Assembly (NCBI GenBank): GCA_012839865.1
Contig: DUMO01000086.1
Location: 1-37,808, forward strand
Source of the DNA: Clostridiaceae bacterium
GTDB lineage: Bacteria > Bacillota > Clostridia > CAYPLH01 > DUMO01
Direction: 5' to 3'
DNA: 37,808 bases
A program made the position numbers and the translations under genes. How positions within the stretch are numbered: the stretch's first letter is position 1; each line of letters begins with the position of its first letter. Of this stretch, positions 9,632-19,481 are shown piece after piece. Under the pieces are notes generated by a model, which was not told the origin of the DNA, made no database searches, and saw nothing but the letters and a program-made list of their open reading frames with translations.

Positions 9632-10741
9632 ATGAAAAGAATTTTGGCAATAGCAATGATGATACTTATGGTTTGTTCCCTTTCAGGGTGCTGGTTTTGG
9701 GGAAACAAGGATAAAGATGACGATGTGAACTCAGACCTGGTATCAAACCTTGCGTCACCGACTCCCAAGGCAACCATTACACCTTACAACCCGGGAGGTG
9801 CGACCGGTAACACCGGCACCAATGAAACAAGCAAGCCTGCACCAACCCAGAAGCCAAGTCCGACACCTGCAAAGCAAACCATGACAATCACAGTATATTA
9901 TCAGGATTCTGAAGGGTGTGTAATACCTGCCGCAAGGGTTATGGAAAAGCAGATAGGTGTTGCCAGGGCTTCAATTAATGCAACCATCGATAATTCGGTG
10001 AACAGGGAATCAGTATCGTACTACGGCCTTTACCCGATACTGCCGAAGGACACCGAAGTACTTGGAATCAACATTAAAGGCAAGACGGCAATTATAGATT
10101 TTAACAACAAAGTATTAAATTATAGCAGCGAGCAGGAAGAAAGAAACATTATTTCTGCAATAGTCTATTCGTTGACGGAATTTGATACCATCGACGATGT
10201 GAGAATACTTGTTAACGGCTACGAGCAGGGCAAGCTCAAATACGGCACTGATATCTCAGGACTTCTGGACAGAAGCAATTGCATGATTAACAATTTCAAG
10301 GTGAACCTGAGTGAAGGGGTTCAGAAATCTGATATTTATGTGTATAAAAGCGTAAACAACAAGTACAATTACCTTGTGCCGGTTTCAGTGGAGCATACGG
10401 CAATTGATGAGGAAGATGTTCCGGCAAAACTTGTTGCGCTTTTATCCAGCGAATACAGCAACGATGTATTCTTCTCGGAACTTCCTGCATCCTGCAGGCT
10501 GATTGACAGCACTATAAGGGATGACCTGTTGGAACTAGACTTTAACAGCGAGATTAAAAACTACACCGGAAGTACAAGGGAAAAAAGGATTATAAACCAG
10601 ATTTATCACACTATGAAGCAGATAGATGGTGTGAATAAAATTAAAATTTTAATCGAAGGTGCAACAGGCAGGCTGCCGGAGGGCACCAATATTTCACAGA
10701 CGGTATACCTGCCGAAGGATATAAACCTGTTGGATAATTAA
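9632..10741 (+). CDS. gerM: GerMN-domain sporulation/germination lipoprotein (GerM-like)
   Basis: Lipobox LSGC; two repeats ending in DDVRILVNG and NKIKILIEG; IDFN/LDFN motifs; start ATG 9632 after AGGAGG (9626 also possible). Confidence 0.8.
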   Translation: MKRILAIAMMILMVCSLSGCWFWGNKDKDDDVNSDLVSNLASPTPKATITPYNPGGATGNTGTNETSKPAPTQKPSPTPAKQTMTITVYYQDSEGCVIPAARVMEKQIGVARASINATIDNSVNRESVSYYGLYPILPKDTEVLGINIKGKTAIIDFNNKVLNYSSEQEERNIISAIVYSLTEFDTIDDVRILVNGYEQGKLKYGTDISGLLDRSNCMINNFKVNLSEGVQKSDIYVYKSVNNKYNYLVPVSVEHTAIDEEDVPAKLVALLSSEYSNDVFFSELPASCRLIDSTIRDDLLELDFNSEIKNYTGSTREKRIINQIYHTMKQIDGVNKIKILIEGATGRLPEGTNISQTVYLPKDINLLDN

Positions 10742-10800
10742 TAAAAATAATATGATAGTACTTAAGATAATAAATGCAATTATTGCAATACAGTAGGAGA

Positions 10801-11074
10801 AAATGAAATGTATGCAAAATAATAACAAATGGCTTTATTTTGTTAGAAAACCAGGTGAGCTGAAGGCAAAAATGCGTGAAAAAAACAGGACGTTTTTTTA
10901 GCTTTTCCGAGCCATGGATGGCGAGTGAAAAGCGGTAGCATTTTTGACTTCAGTGAACCGTCGGTTTCCTCAAAATAAGAGCCTTGTTATTAGAAAAGCT
11001 CGGGGGCATCGAGCCCCGCTTGCTTTTGGCTGGATTTGCTTCGCAAATAGCCCTATTCTGCATACATTTCATTT
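10801..11074. mobile_element. MITE/REP-like structured element, copy A (core 10821-10991)
   Basis: Core is the reverse complement of 30214-30384 (159/171 identical); terminal inverted arms 10801-10820 and 11055-11074 match 19/20; no coding capacity. Confidence 0.7.
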
Positions 11075-11167
11075 ATGCACTGCTTTTAAACTTTACTGTA
11101 ATGAGCTGATTGTTCATGATAAATGTCTGAACATTAACAACCTGTGCTAAAGACCATGTAGTGCTGT

Positions 11168-11194
11168 AAAAAAAGTGGCGTTGCCACTTTTTTT
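11168..11194. terminator. Bidirectional intrinsic terminator upstream of nadD
   Basis: AAAAAAAGTGGC-gtt-GCCACTTTTTTT; immediately followed by TG-c-TATAAT (11199-11204), a likely extended -10 for nadD. Confidence 0.75.
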
Positions 11195-11237
11195 GTGCTA
11201 TAATGTTTCAAATAGAAACGGAGTTATTGGTTAAGAT

Positions 11238-11864
11238 ATGATAAACGATATGAATGCTGAAAAAATAGGGTTGCTTGGCGGAACCTTTAATCCGATACAT
11301 TGCGGTCACTTGATAATTGCTGAAAGTATAAGGGAATCCTTCGGGCTTGACAAGATAATATTCATTCCGTCAGGTTTGCCTCCCCACAAGGACGTTTCTG
11401 AAGTTTCAGGGGCGGAACACAGAATAAACATGGTGAAACTTGCAATAGAATCAAATACGAAGTTTGAAGTTTCAAGCATGGAGGCTGACAGGAAAGGATA
11501 TACCTACACAATAGACACTCTTACCGAGCTTAAAGCCGGGAGTGACAGTACAAAAAGATTCATATTCATAATCGGTGCGGATAATGTGCCTGAGCTTGTA
11601 ACCTGGAAGAATTACAGGCAGGTGTTGGAAATGTGCGAATTTGTTGCAGCATACCGGCCTGGTATAAACATGGATGAAACCAAAAAATCAGTCGAACAAC
11701 TGGAAAGGGATTGCAATGCAAAAATAACTGTTGCGCCTGTTCCCCTCATTGACATTTCTTCCACTGACATCAGAAGGCGGGTAAAGGAAGGGCGATCCAT
11801 AAAGTATCTGGTGCCTGAAAAAGTAGAGGAATATATTATAAGAAATAATTTGTACAGGGGTTAG
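11238..11864 (+). CDS. nadD: Nicotinate-nucleotide adenylyltransferase
   Basis: GGTFNPIHCGH, PPHK, YTIDTL, IIGAD, ISSTDIR. Confidence 0.96.
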   Translation: MINDMNAEKIGLLGGTFNPIHCGHLIIAESIRESFGLDKIIFIPSGLPPHKDVSEVSGAEHRINMVKLAIESNTKFEVSSMEADRKGYTYTIDTLTELKAGSDSTKRFIFIIGADNVPELVTWKNYRQVLEMCEFVAAYRPGINMDETKKSVEQLERDCNAKITVAPVPLIDISSTDIRRRVKEGRSIKYLVPEKVEEYIIRNNLYRG

Positions 11865-11871
11865 CCGTTTT

Positions 11872-12456
11872 ATGAACATAGAGGATATGAAAGAAAAACT
11901 GGAGAAAATTCTTACTCCCAAAAGATATATACATTCTTTAAACGTAATGCACACAGCTGTGATGCTTGCCAAAATTTATCATGAAGATGAGAATAACGCG
12001 GGAACTGCCGGGCTTTTGCACGATTGTGCCAGAGACATTCCTGCTGATGATATAATAAGTCTGTGCGAAAAGTATGATATTAAACCGGATAGCATCTACA
12101 TGGCCCAGCCCAAGCTGTATCACGGTCCTATTGGCGCTATTCTGGCAAGGGATGAGTTTGATGTCCGGGATGAAAACATACTGCATGCTATAAGTTGTCA
12201 TACCATGGGTGCTGAAAATATGAGCCTTCTTGACAAAATAATATTTATAGCAGACTATATTGAGCCCGACAGAAATTTTCCGGGTGCCAACGATATCAGA
12301 GAAATTGCATATACGGATATTGACAGGGCTATGCTTTTGTCACTGGAAAGAACGATTAAGTATTTAATGGTTAAGGGATGCCTTATACACCCGGATACAA
12401 TAATTGCCAGGAATAATCTTTTACTGAAGCATGACCTTGCATATTGCGTTTTTTGA
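11872..12456 (+). CDS. yqeK: HD-domain Ap4A hydrolase (YqeK family)
   Basis: RYIHSL, LLHDCAR, HGPIGA, CHTMG, IADYIEP; directly after nadD. Confidence 0.92.
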   Translation: MNIEDMKEKLEKILTPKRYIHSLNVMHTAVMLAKIYHEDENNAGTAGLLHDCARDIPADDIISLCEKYDIKPDSIYMAQPKLYHGPIGAILARDEFDVRDENILHAISCHTMGAENMSLLDKIIFIADYIEPDRNFPGANDIREIAYTDIDRAMLLSLERTIKYLMVKGCLIHPDTIIARNNLLLKHDLAYCVF

Positions 12457-12507
12457 TGCAGGGAAGTAACCGCTCTTTTGGACGGTGGTTGAAAGTGTAG
12501 GTGAGAA

Positions 12508-13080
12508 TTGTTGAATTTTAAGAAAAAATTAAGTCTATACTTTAACATAGTTACGTATATATCCGGTACGTTTATTTTAATGACATTGATTGTAATTATG
12601 ACAATAAATTTTTTAAGGGATGCAAGAATTTTTGCAAAGGATACGGGAAACAGCATACAAACAGGCGAAAGCACCGAGTCCCGGAATGATTCCGGGAATA
12701 ATGAAAATGGTAATGGCGACGATCAGCCGATAATTTATAATCCAGGTTTTGAGCTTGTTGACAGCCCAAATGAGAGTGAACCGGGAACTCAAGAAATTGA
12801 GGAGTCTGCTGTCAGAATAGAAGTAGTTGACTATACTGGCGTGGATTTATATTCAGATATGGTTATTTTGTCCCTGAGGGCTTTTGGATACCTGCCGGAA
12901 AGAAAAAACGAAGAAATTTCCGGAAGCCAGGAAACTGTAATAATCGACAGAAGCGGCAAAGGTTACGGAGAAAAAATTAAAAATATCTTGAAACTGGACA
13001 ATTTAGTTATTGAAGAAGACCCGGACAGGGAATATGATATTACTGTTATTATAGGAAACGATTTTATGCCGCCTCCATAA
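12508..13080 (+). CDS. Membrane-anchored LytR C-terminal-domain-like protein
   Basis: N-terminal TM helix, acidic linker, C-terminal ..TVIIDRSG...DITVIIGND; usual position between yqeK and rsfS. Confidence 0.65.
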   Translation: MLNFKKKLSLYFNIVTYISGTFILMTLIVIMTINFLRDARIFAKDTGNSIQTGESTESRNDSGNNENGNGDDQPIIYNPGFELVDSPNESEPGTQEIEESAVRIEVVDYTGVDLYSDMVILSLRAFGYLPERKNEEISGSQETVIIDRSGKGYGEKIKNILKLDNLVIEEDPDREYDITVIIGNDFMPPP

Positions 13081-13113
13081 TTTGTGCGGCTTAAAAAGAG
13101 GAGGATTATATTT

Positions 13114-13479
13114 TTGGATTCAAAGTCAAAACTTGAAAAAATATTGGAGTTTTTAAATGCTAAAAAAGCAAAGGAAGTTAAAGTAATCGATTTAAAGGAC
13201 ATGTCAATCCTAACCGATTATTTTGTTATTTGCGGCGGTACCTCGACAACACATATAAAAGCCCTGGCAGACGGCCTTGATGAGATGCTTTCCCAGGAGG
13301 GTATAAAATACCTGCACATGGAAGGTTACAATTCCGCCCGGTGGATACTAATGGACTACAGTGATGTGATTGTGCACATCTTCCATGAACAGGAGCGGGA
13401 GTTTTACAGTCTTGAAAGGCTTTGGTCAGCGGGGATTGTATCAGATACTACAGAAAACCTGGGAAAATCCAATATATAA
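13114..13479 (+). CDS. rsfS: Ribosome silencing factor RsfS
   Basis: [43 protein letters not shown] start at 13114 after GAGGAGG. Confidence 0.95.
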   Translation: MDSKSKLEKILEFLNAKKAKEVKVIDLKDMSILTDYFVICGGTSTTHIKALADGLDEMLSQEGIKYLHMEGYNSARWILMDYSDVIVHIFHEQEREFYSLERLWSAGIVSDTTENLGKSNI

Positions 13480-13493
13480 ACGGAGGTTATTAT

Positions 13494-15977
13494 ATGGTCT
13501 ATGACTTTACGGCTATTGAGAAAAAATGGCAGAAAAAATGGAGCGAAAGCCATGCATTCAAGGTCGGAGAAGACCCTGACAAGAAAAAGTATTATGTCTT
13601 AGAGATGTTCCCATATCCTTCCGGAAATCTTCATATGGGTCATGTCAGAAACTATTCAATAGGTGACGTGGTTGCACGTTTCAAGAAAATGAACGGTTTT
13701 AACGTGCTTCATCCCATGGGTTGGGATTCCTTTGGCCTGCCTGCAGAAAATGCGGCCATTAAGAGGAAAATACACCCTAATGAATGGACATGGTCCAATA
13801 TTGACAATATGCGCCGCCAGCTTATGGAGCTTGGCATCAGCTATGACTGGGAAAGGGAAGTTGCAACATGCCATCCAAATTATTATAAGTGGACTCAATG
13901 GATGTTCCTGCAGCTTTATAAAAACGGGCTGGCATACAAAAAGAAATCCCATGTAAACTGGTGTCCTTCCTGTGCAACCGTTCTTGCCAATGAGCAGGTG
14001 GTAAACGGGAAGTGCGAACGGTGCAAATCCGACGTGGACAAAAAGGACCTGGAACAGTGGTTCTTCAGAATAACCAAGTATGCCCAAAGATTGCTGGATG
14101 ACATTGGCAGGCTGGAGGGCTGGCCTGAAAAAGTGAAGGTCATGCAGCAAAACTGGATTGGCAGGAGTGAAGGAGTTGAAATTGACTTTAAAGTGGACGA
14201 CACGGACGAGAAGTTGACTGTGTTTACCACAAGACCTGATACCATATATGGAGTGACATACATGGTAATTGCTCCTGAGCATCAACTGGTGCCGCATTTG
14301 ATAAAGGGTATGAAAGAGGAGCAAGCGTGCCTTGACTTTATTGCAAGAGTAAAAAGAATAAGCGATATTGACCGTACCGCAACCGATACGGAGAAAGAAG
14401 GCATATTTACAGGAAGATATGTGATAAATCCGTTAAATGGGGATAAAGTGCCTCTTTATCTTGCCAATTACGTGCTTGCGGATTACGGTACCGGAGTTGT
14501 AATGGCGGTTCCGGCTCATGACCAGAGAGACTTTGAATTTGCAAAAAAATATGGTCTTAATATAAAGGTGGTTATTCAAAACCAGGATCATTCACTGGTT
14601 GCTTCCGAAATGACCCAGGCTTATGTTGATGTGGGCTGGCTTGTAAATTCCGGTAAGTTTAACGGTGTTCGCAGTGACGAAGCCATTCCCCAGATTTCCC
14701 TGCATATTGAAGAGAAGGGTTACGGTAAAAGAACAGTTAATTATAAATTGAGGGACTGGTTGATTTCCAGGCAAAGATATTGGGGAGCACCCATTCCCAT
14801 AATATATTGTGAAAAATGCGGCGAGGTTCCCGTACCTGAAGAAGATCTGCCGGTTGTTCTGCCAACTGATGTGGAATTTACCGGGCATGGGGATTCGCCC
14901 CTCAGCGGAAGCAGCGCCTTTATGGATACAACATGTCCCAGATGCGGTGGGAAGGCCAGACGCGAAAAGGATACCATGGATACTTTTGTATGCTCATCCT
15001 GGTACTTCTTAAGATATTGCGACCCGTGCAACGCTGAACGTCCTTTCAAAAAAGAACTTACAGATTACTGGATGCCTGTGGATCAATATATCGGCGGTGT
15101 GGAGCATGCCATCCTTCATCTGTTGTATTCCAGGTTTTTCATGAAGGCATTATATGATATGGGCTACGTTTCCTTTGATGAACCCTTTACCAACCTGCTG
15201 ACACAGGGTATGGTTTTGAAGGACGGTGCAAAGATGTCCAAGTCCCTGGGGAATGTAGTGAGCCCTGAAGAAATAATAAGCAAGTATGGTGCTGATACGG
15301 CAAGGCTGTTCATACTTTTCGCGTCTCCACCGGACAAGGACCTGGAGTGGAGCGATCAGGGAGTGGAAGGCTGCTACAGGTTTATCAACAGGGTATGGAG
15401 AATAGTGGACGAGTTTGCTGATTTAATAAAGAGCAATAGTGATGCCAACATATGCCTGAAGGATATGAGCCCTGATGACCGTGAACTTGCCTATGCATAC
15501 AACTATGCAATAAAGAAGGTAACCGAGGACATCAGCCAGAGGTTCAATTTCAACACTGCAATCAGCGCCATGATGGAACTGGTAAATGCCCTTTACAATT
15601 ACAAGGACAAGGTCCCGGATGACAGGAAGAATGCTTCGGTACTCGGAGGTGCCATAGAAAATCTGATAATCCTGCTTGCTCCCTTTATTCCCCATGTAAC
15701 GGAAGAATTCTGGGAGATAATCGGTAAGGATGGCAGCGTTCATGAAGTAAAGTGGCCTGAATATGACGAAGCAGCCCTTGTCAGGGATGAAGTGGAGATA
15801 GTTGTTCAGATAAACAGCCGCATAAGAGACAAGGTACTGGTTCCAACTGGCTTAAACAAAGAGGAATTGGAAAAGGAAGCCTTGAATAATAATAAGATAG
15901 CCGAGCTTATTGAAGGCAAACAGGTGGTTAAAGTTATAGCCGTACCCGACAGGCTGGTAAATATAGTTGTCAAATAG
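13494..15977 (+). CDS. leuS: Leucine--tRNA ligase
   Basis: [13 protein letters not shown] (HIGH), [18 protein letters not shown] 13494 after GGAGG. Confidence 0.98.
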   Translation: MVYDFTAIEKKWQKKWSESHAFKVGEDPDKKKYYVLEMFPYPSGNLHMGHVRNYSIGDVVARFKKMNGFNVLHPMGWDSFGLPAENAAIKRKIHPNEWTWSNIDNMRRQLMELGISYDWEREVATCHPNYYKWTQWMFLQLYKNGLAYKKKSHVNWCPSCATVLANEQVVNGKCERCKSDVDKKDLEQWFFRITKYAQRLLDDIGRLEGWPEKVKVMQQNWIGRSEGVEIDFKVDDTDEKLTVFTTRPDTIYGVTYMVIAPEHQLVPHLIKGMKEEQACLDFIARVKRISDIDRTATDTEKEGIFTGRYVINPLNGDKVPLYLANYVLADYGTGVVMAVPAHDQRDFEFAKKYGLNIKVVIQNQDHSLVASEMTQAYVDVGWLVNSGKFNGVRSDEAIPQISLHIEEKGYGKRTVNYKLRDWLISRQRYWGAPIPIIYCEKCGEVPVPEEDLPVVLPTDVEFTGHGDSPLSGSSAFMDTTCPRCGGKARREKDTMDTFVCSSWYFLRYCDPCNAERPFKKELTDYWMPVDQYIGGVEHAILHLLYSRFFMKALYDMGYVSFDEPFTNLLTQGMVLKDGAKMSKSLGNVVSPEEIISKYGADTARLFILFASPPDKDLEWSDQGVEGCYRFINRVWRIVDEFADLIKSNSDANICLKDMSPDDRELAYAYNYAIKKVTEDISQRFNFNTAISAMMELVNALYNYKDKVPDDRKNASVLGGAIENLIILLAPFIPHVTEEFWEIIGKDGSVHEVKWPEYDEAALVRDEVEIVVQINSRIRDKVLVPTGLNKEELEKEALNNNKIAELIEGKQVVKVIAVPDRLVNIVVK

Positions 15978-16116
15978 AAAGCTGTAAAGTTAGAAGGCTG
16001 GAAGGCTGCTATAAATAATCAGATAAGCATGTAACTTTGAAAAAGAGTAAAAGTATATTACAGACAGAAGAATTATTTAAATTTTGATTTTATTTGGGTA
16101 TGGTAAAGGGTGCATT

Positions 16117-17238
16117 ATGAATAAAAAGCAAAAAGAATTAACTGCGTTAATTTTGATTATAGTTTTGGTAATTGTTGTTGTGATGGCTGTAGTATTAGGG
16201 GTAAGAAATAAAGTAAAGGAAACAGCGGGGGAGAATACGGATGTGTCGGAAAGTATTTCGGAATCGGAAAATACTTCTGAGAGCACAGATCAACCATCTG
16301 TCTCTCCGTCTCCATCTCCTTCACCGACTCCCTCACCGGAGGAGCTTGTAAACAGTGCTTTTGTAGTTCCACAACCTGGAAGCAGGCCTTTGGCGGTTAT
16401 GATAGATAATGAAGGGACAAAAAGCCTTCCCCAGGGCGGACTGTACCAGGCACAGCTGATATACGAGATAATTGTGGAGGGGGGCGAAACCCGGCTGATG
16501 CCGGTGTTTTGGGATGTAAAGCCTGAAATGGTTGGCCCGGTAAGAAGTTCAAGGCATTACTTTTTGGATTATGCTATGGAGCATGATGCAATCTATGTCC
16601 ATATTGGGTGGAGTCCCATGGCGGAAAGAGACATTTCGGTTTTCAATGTAAATAATGTTAATGGCGTCATGGACGGCTGGGTGGTCTTTTATGATATTAC
16701 AACGGATAGGAACAACTGGCAGGATTCCTATACAAACTTTGATAAAATTTTTGATTTTGCGAAAAATAAGAATTACAGGCTGGAGACCGAAGTAACGCCG
16801 CTGTTTGTGTACAATGAAGCAAATGCTGTACCAGCGGAAGGGGAAAAGGCGGAAAAGGTGAGCATAAGGTATTCAAGTACATATACCTGCGGTTTTGAAT
16901 ATGACGAGGTTACCAAAACCTATAAGCGCATCAGAAAAGGGAAGCCCCACATGGAAAGGATTACCGAAGAGCAGCTTACCGCCAAGAATATCATTGTACA
17001 AAAAGTGACGGTATATGATATAAAAGGCGATACAGAAGGCCGTCAGGAGGTCGTAACCACCGGAAGCGGCAAGGCCACATATATTACCTGTGGCAAAGCT
17101 GTATTAATTAATTGGGAAAAGGATGAAAGAACAGGGAGGACGAAGTATACATATCCCAACGGGGACCCGTTGGTTCTAAATCCCGGCCAGACCTGGATTC
17201 AGATTGTACCCAACTATGGTGAGGTTTCAATAGAGTAA
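16117..17238 (+). CDS. Membrane-anchored DUF3048-like protein
   Basis: N-terminal TM helix, SP linker, PLAVMIDN, IYEIIVEGGETR, GPVRSSRHYF, LNPGQTWIQ; start moved to ATG 16117. Confidence 0.75.
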   Translation: MNKKQKELTALILIIVLVIVVVMAVVLGVRNKVKETAGENTDVSESISESENTSESTDQPSVSPSPSPSPTPSPEELVNSAFVVPQPGSRPLAVMIDNEGTKSLPQGGLYQAQLIYEIIVEGGETRLMPVFWDVKPEMVGPVRSSRHYFLDYAMEHDAIYVHIGWSPMAERDISVFNVNNVNGVMDGWVVFYDITTDRNNWQDSYTNFDKIFDFAKNKNYRLETEVTPLFVYNEANAVPAEGEKAEKVSIRYSSTYTCGFEYDEVTKTYKRIRKGKPHMERITEEQLTAKNIIVQKVTVYDIKGDTEGRQEVVTTGSGKATYITCGKAVLINWEKDERTGRTKYTYPNGDPLVLNPGQTWIQIVPNYGEVSIE

Positions 17239-17263
17239 TTAAGGAAAGATCCAACAAAAGCAA

Positions 17264-17281
17264 GGGGGCGTAAAAGCCCCC
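17264..17281. terminator. Hairpin between convergent genes
   Basis: GGGGGC-gtaaaa-GCCCCC between the DUF3048-like gene and kinase stops. Confidence 0.6.
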
Positions 17282-17283
17282 AT

Positions 17284-18390
17284 TTATTTTAATTTTTGCG
17301 TTATTTCCATCATTTCGTCATGCTTCTCTTCCATATCCGCTACCATTTTGAACTGGGTACGGGCCCGGTCAAGGTTATGTCCTTCCCGGTGAATCTTAAA
17401 ATACGTGTCGCCGTTCAAATGGTCTGTAAGGAAACGGATACCGCATTCAAAGGTCATCAACTTCGCGCTGAAGGGCAGGTACTCGATTTCAGTCGGAGTT
17501 AAGAACTCACCCACAGCTTCCAAAAATCCCTTTGCAAAGTGTGTGTATAAATCAAGGTCAATGGTTACTTTTGATAAATCCTTTTCATCTTCTGCAGCAG
17601 GGTTGGCGCCTGAACGGATTGAGTCACCGAAATCATAAAGGGACAGGCCCGGCATTACAGTGTCAAGGTCAATAACACAGATTCCTTCACCGGTTACGTC
17701 ATCAATCATTACATTATTGAATTTTGTATCGTTATGAGTAACCCGAAGAGGAATTTTGCCTTCTTTCAGAAGGTTCATCAAAACAGCAGTGTCTTCCTTC
17801 CTGTTTATGACAAAATCAATTTCCTTTTTAACATCCTTTGCCCTGTTGCATTTATCGTTATTCAGAGCTTCCATAAAATCTTCAAACCTTTTTGGGGTGT
17901 TGTGGAAATTTGGAATTGTTTCATGAAGCTGTTCCGCAGGAAAACCCCTGAGAAGCTTCTGGAACTTGCCGAAGGCTTTGCCGGCATTATAGAAGTGATT
18001 GAGGTTTTCAACCACCTGGTAGGTTTTTGCCCCTTCTATAAATATATAACCCCTCCAGTAATTGCCTTCCTCATCCTTGTAAAAGCTCTTGCCGTCAACA
18101 GTGGGTATTATGTTGAGGGTTTCGCGTTCAGGGTCTCCGTTTGACTCAATTACCTTGCCTCTTAAATAAGTGGTTACCCTTTCAATATTCTCCATAAGTT
18201 TTTCAGGTTCTTTAAATACGTTATGGTTTATTCTTTGAAGTATATAACGGTGAACCTTATTGTCGTTTTTCCGAAAATAAGCTGCATAAGTATCGTTTAT
18301 ATGGCCAAAACCGTAAGGGTTGGCTTCAATAAAGTCACCGGCAAATTTAAAATGTTTTGTTACTTCCATAAAATTATAATTTTTTTTCAT
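17284..18390 (-). CDS. Aminoglycoside-phosphotransferase-fold sugar kinase, NahK (N-acetylhexosamine 1-kinase)-like
   Basis: GFGHINDTY, ILQRINH.VF, THNDTKFNN, IDLDT, FLTDHLNGD.YF motifs. Confidence 0.75.
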   Translation of the reverse strand: MKKNYNFMEVTKHFKFAGDFIEANPYGFGHINDTYAAYFRKNDNKVHRYILQRINHNVFKEPEKLMENIERVTTYLRGKVIESNGDPERETLNIIPTVDGKSFYKDEEGNYWRGYIFIEGAKTYQVVENLNHFYNAGKAFGKFQKLLRGFPAEQLHETIPNFHNTPKRFEDFMEALNNDKCNRAKDVKKEIDFVINRKEDTAVLMNLLKEGKIPLRVTHNDTKFNNVMIDDVTGEGICVIDLDTVMPGLSLYDFGDSIRSGANPAAEDEKDLSKVTIDLDLYTHFAKGFLEAVGEFLTPTEIEYLPFSAKLMTFECGIRFLTDHLNGDTYFKIHREGHNLDRARTQFKMVADMEEKHDEMMEITQKLK

Positions 18391-18393
18391 CTG

Positions 18394-19314
18394 TCAATTC
18401 CCCCATAAATTCTCGGGATAAACACCCTTTTTGATCATTTCCCTGATGGCGTCAACAACAACCGGTTTATCTTCCCGGTAAGTTACGCCATACCATTTAT
18501 CATGTGATTTTAGTACTTTCACCCTGGCAACCTTTTCTTTAATCAAGCTTCCGACAACATCAGGGAGGAAGTATTCCGCCTTCAAAAGGTTGTCCTTGTT
18601 GGCTTTGAAAAATTCAGGGAACTTTTTGCCAAGTTCGCTGAAGAAAGCGGGAGTAAATCCCCATGTATTCAATGAAACGATACTTCCGGCAGGGATGGTG
18701 ATCCAGTTGTCTTCACCCTCCATGTACTTTGTTTCATTGCCGAACTTTTTGATTTTTGTTCTTTCAGTAATCTGAACAAGGTAGCCATCTTCATCCACAA
18801 CACAAACTCCACGGGCTACTGTTCCGTTTTCGGTCAATGTGTTTTCCATGACAAATCCCACCATGCAATAATCGTGGGGGTTCTTGGCAACATCCAGATT
18901 CTTGAGATATTCGGCAAGGACCATGAATGTTGAACGGCCGTAAAAGTCGTCAGCATTAATTACCGCAAAAGGTTCCTTAATGGCATTGCGGCAGCTCAAA
19001 ACCGCATGACCCGTTCCCCAGGGTTTTACTCTTTCGGAAGGTATGCTTATCCCTTCCGGAATATCATCCAGTCTCTGATATACATATTCGGTTTCAATTT
19101 GCTTTTCAATATGGGATCCTACCTTCTCCATAAAAACGTCTTTGATGTCTTCTTTTATGATAAATACAACTTTTTTGAAACCAGCCAAAATTGCGTCATA
19201 AATTGAATAATCCATTATTATTTCGCCATGAGGTCCTACAGGATCAATTTGCTTGAGTCCTCCATACCGGCTTCCCATTCCTGCAGCCATGACGGCCAGA
19301 GTTGGTTTGTTCAT
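18394..19314 (-). CDS. Sugar-phosphate nucleotidyltransferase (NTP_transferase family)
   Basis: MAAGMGSRYGGLKQ, PWGTGHA, INADDFYG, WYGVTY.ED; ATG 19314 after AAGGAGG; stop 3 nt before kinase start. Confidence 0.85.
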   Translation of the reverse strand: MNKPTLAVMAAGMGSRYGGLKQIDPVGPHGEIIMDYSIYDAILAGFKKVVFIIKEDIKDVFMEKVGSHIEKQIETEYVYQRLDDIPEGISIPSERVKPWGTGHAVLSCRNAIKEPFAVINADDFYGRSTFMVLAEYLKNLDVAKNPHDYCMVGFVMENTLTENGTVARGVCVVDEDGYLVQITERTKIKKFGNETKYMEGEDNWITIPAGSIVSLNTWGFTPAFFSELGKKFPEFFKANKDNLLKAEYFLPDVVGSLIKEKVARVKVLKSHDKWYGVTYREDKPVVVDAIREMIKKGVYPENLWGN

Positions 19315-19481
19315 CAGTTTTTCCTCCTTGGTCAAAAGTGGTCTTTATAATTTTCATGCATAAGCATTAATTTTTATCTTAGTTTGGCATACGCAAAGAA
19401 CACCCGTTGAACAACCCCTAATCATTGAAATATCAGACAGGGGCTGCCAAAAAGATGCGGGGTGTGCTTTGCAGAGTACTT

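Noticed and set aside
11111..11133. TGTTCA-TGATAAATGTC-TGAACA hairpin before nadD, considered as a K-loop or NAD riboswitch
   Set aside because: Only a 6-bp stem, and it lies upstream of the likely nadD -10, so it is not in the leader
10944..11150. 68-aa ORF here and 66-aa ORF at 30055-30255
   Set aside because: Both cross the palindromic repeat element and are not conserved between its copies
13422..13493. T-box leader for leuS
   Set aside because: leuS starts 14 nt after rsfS; there is no space and no T-box motif
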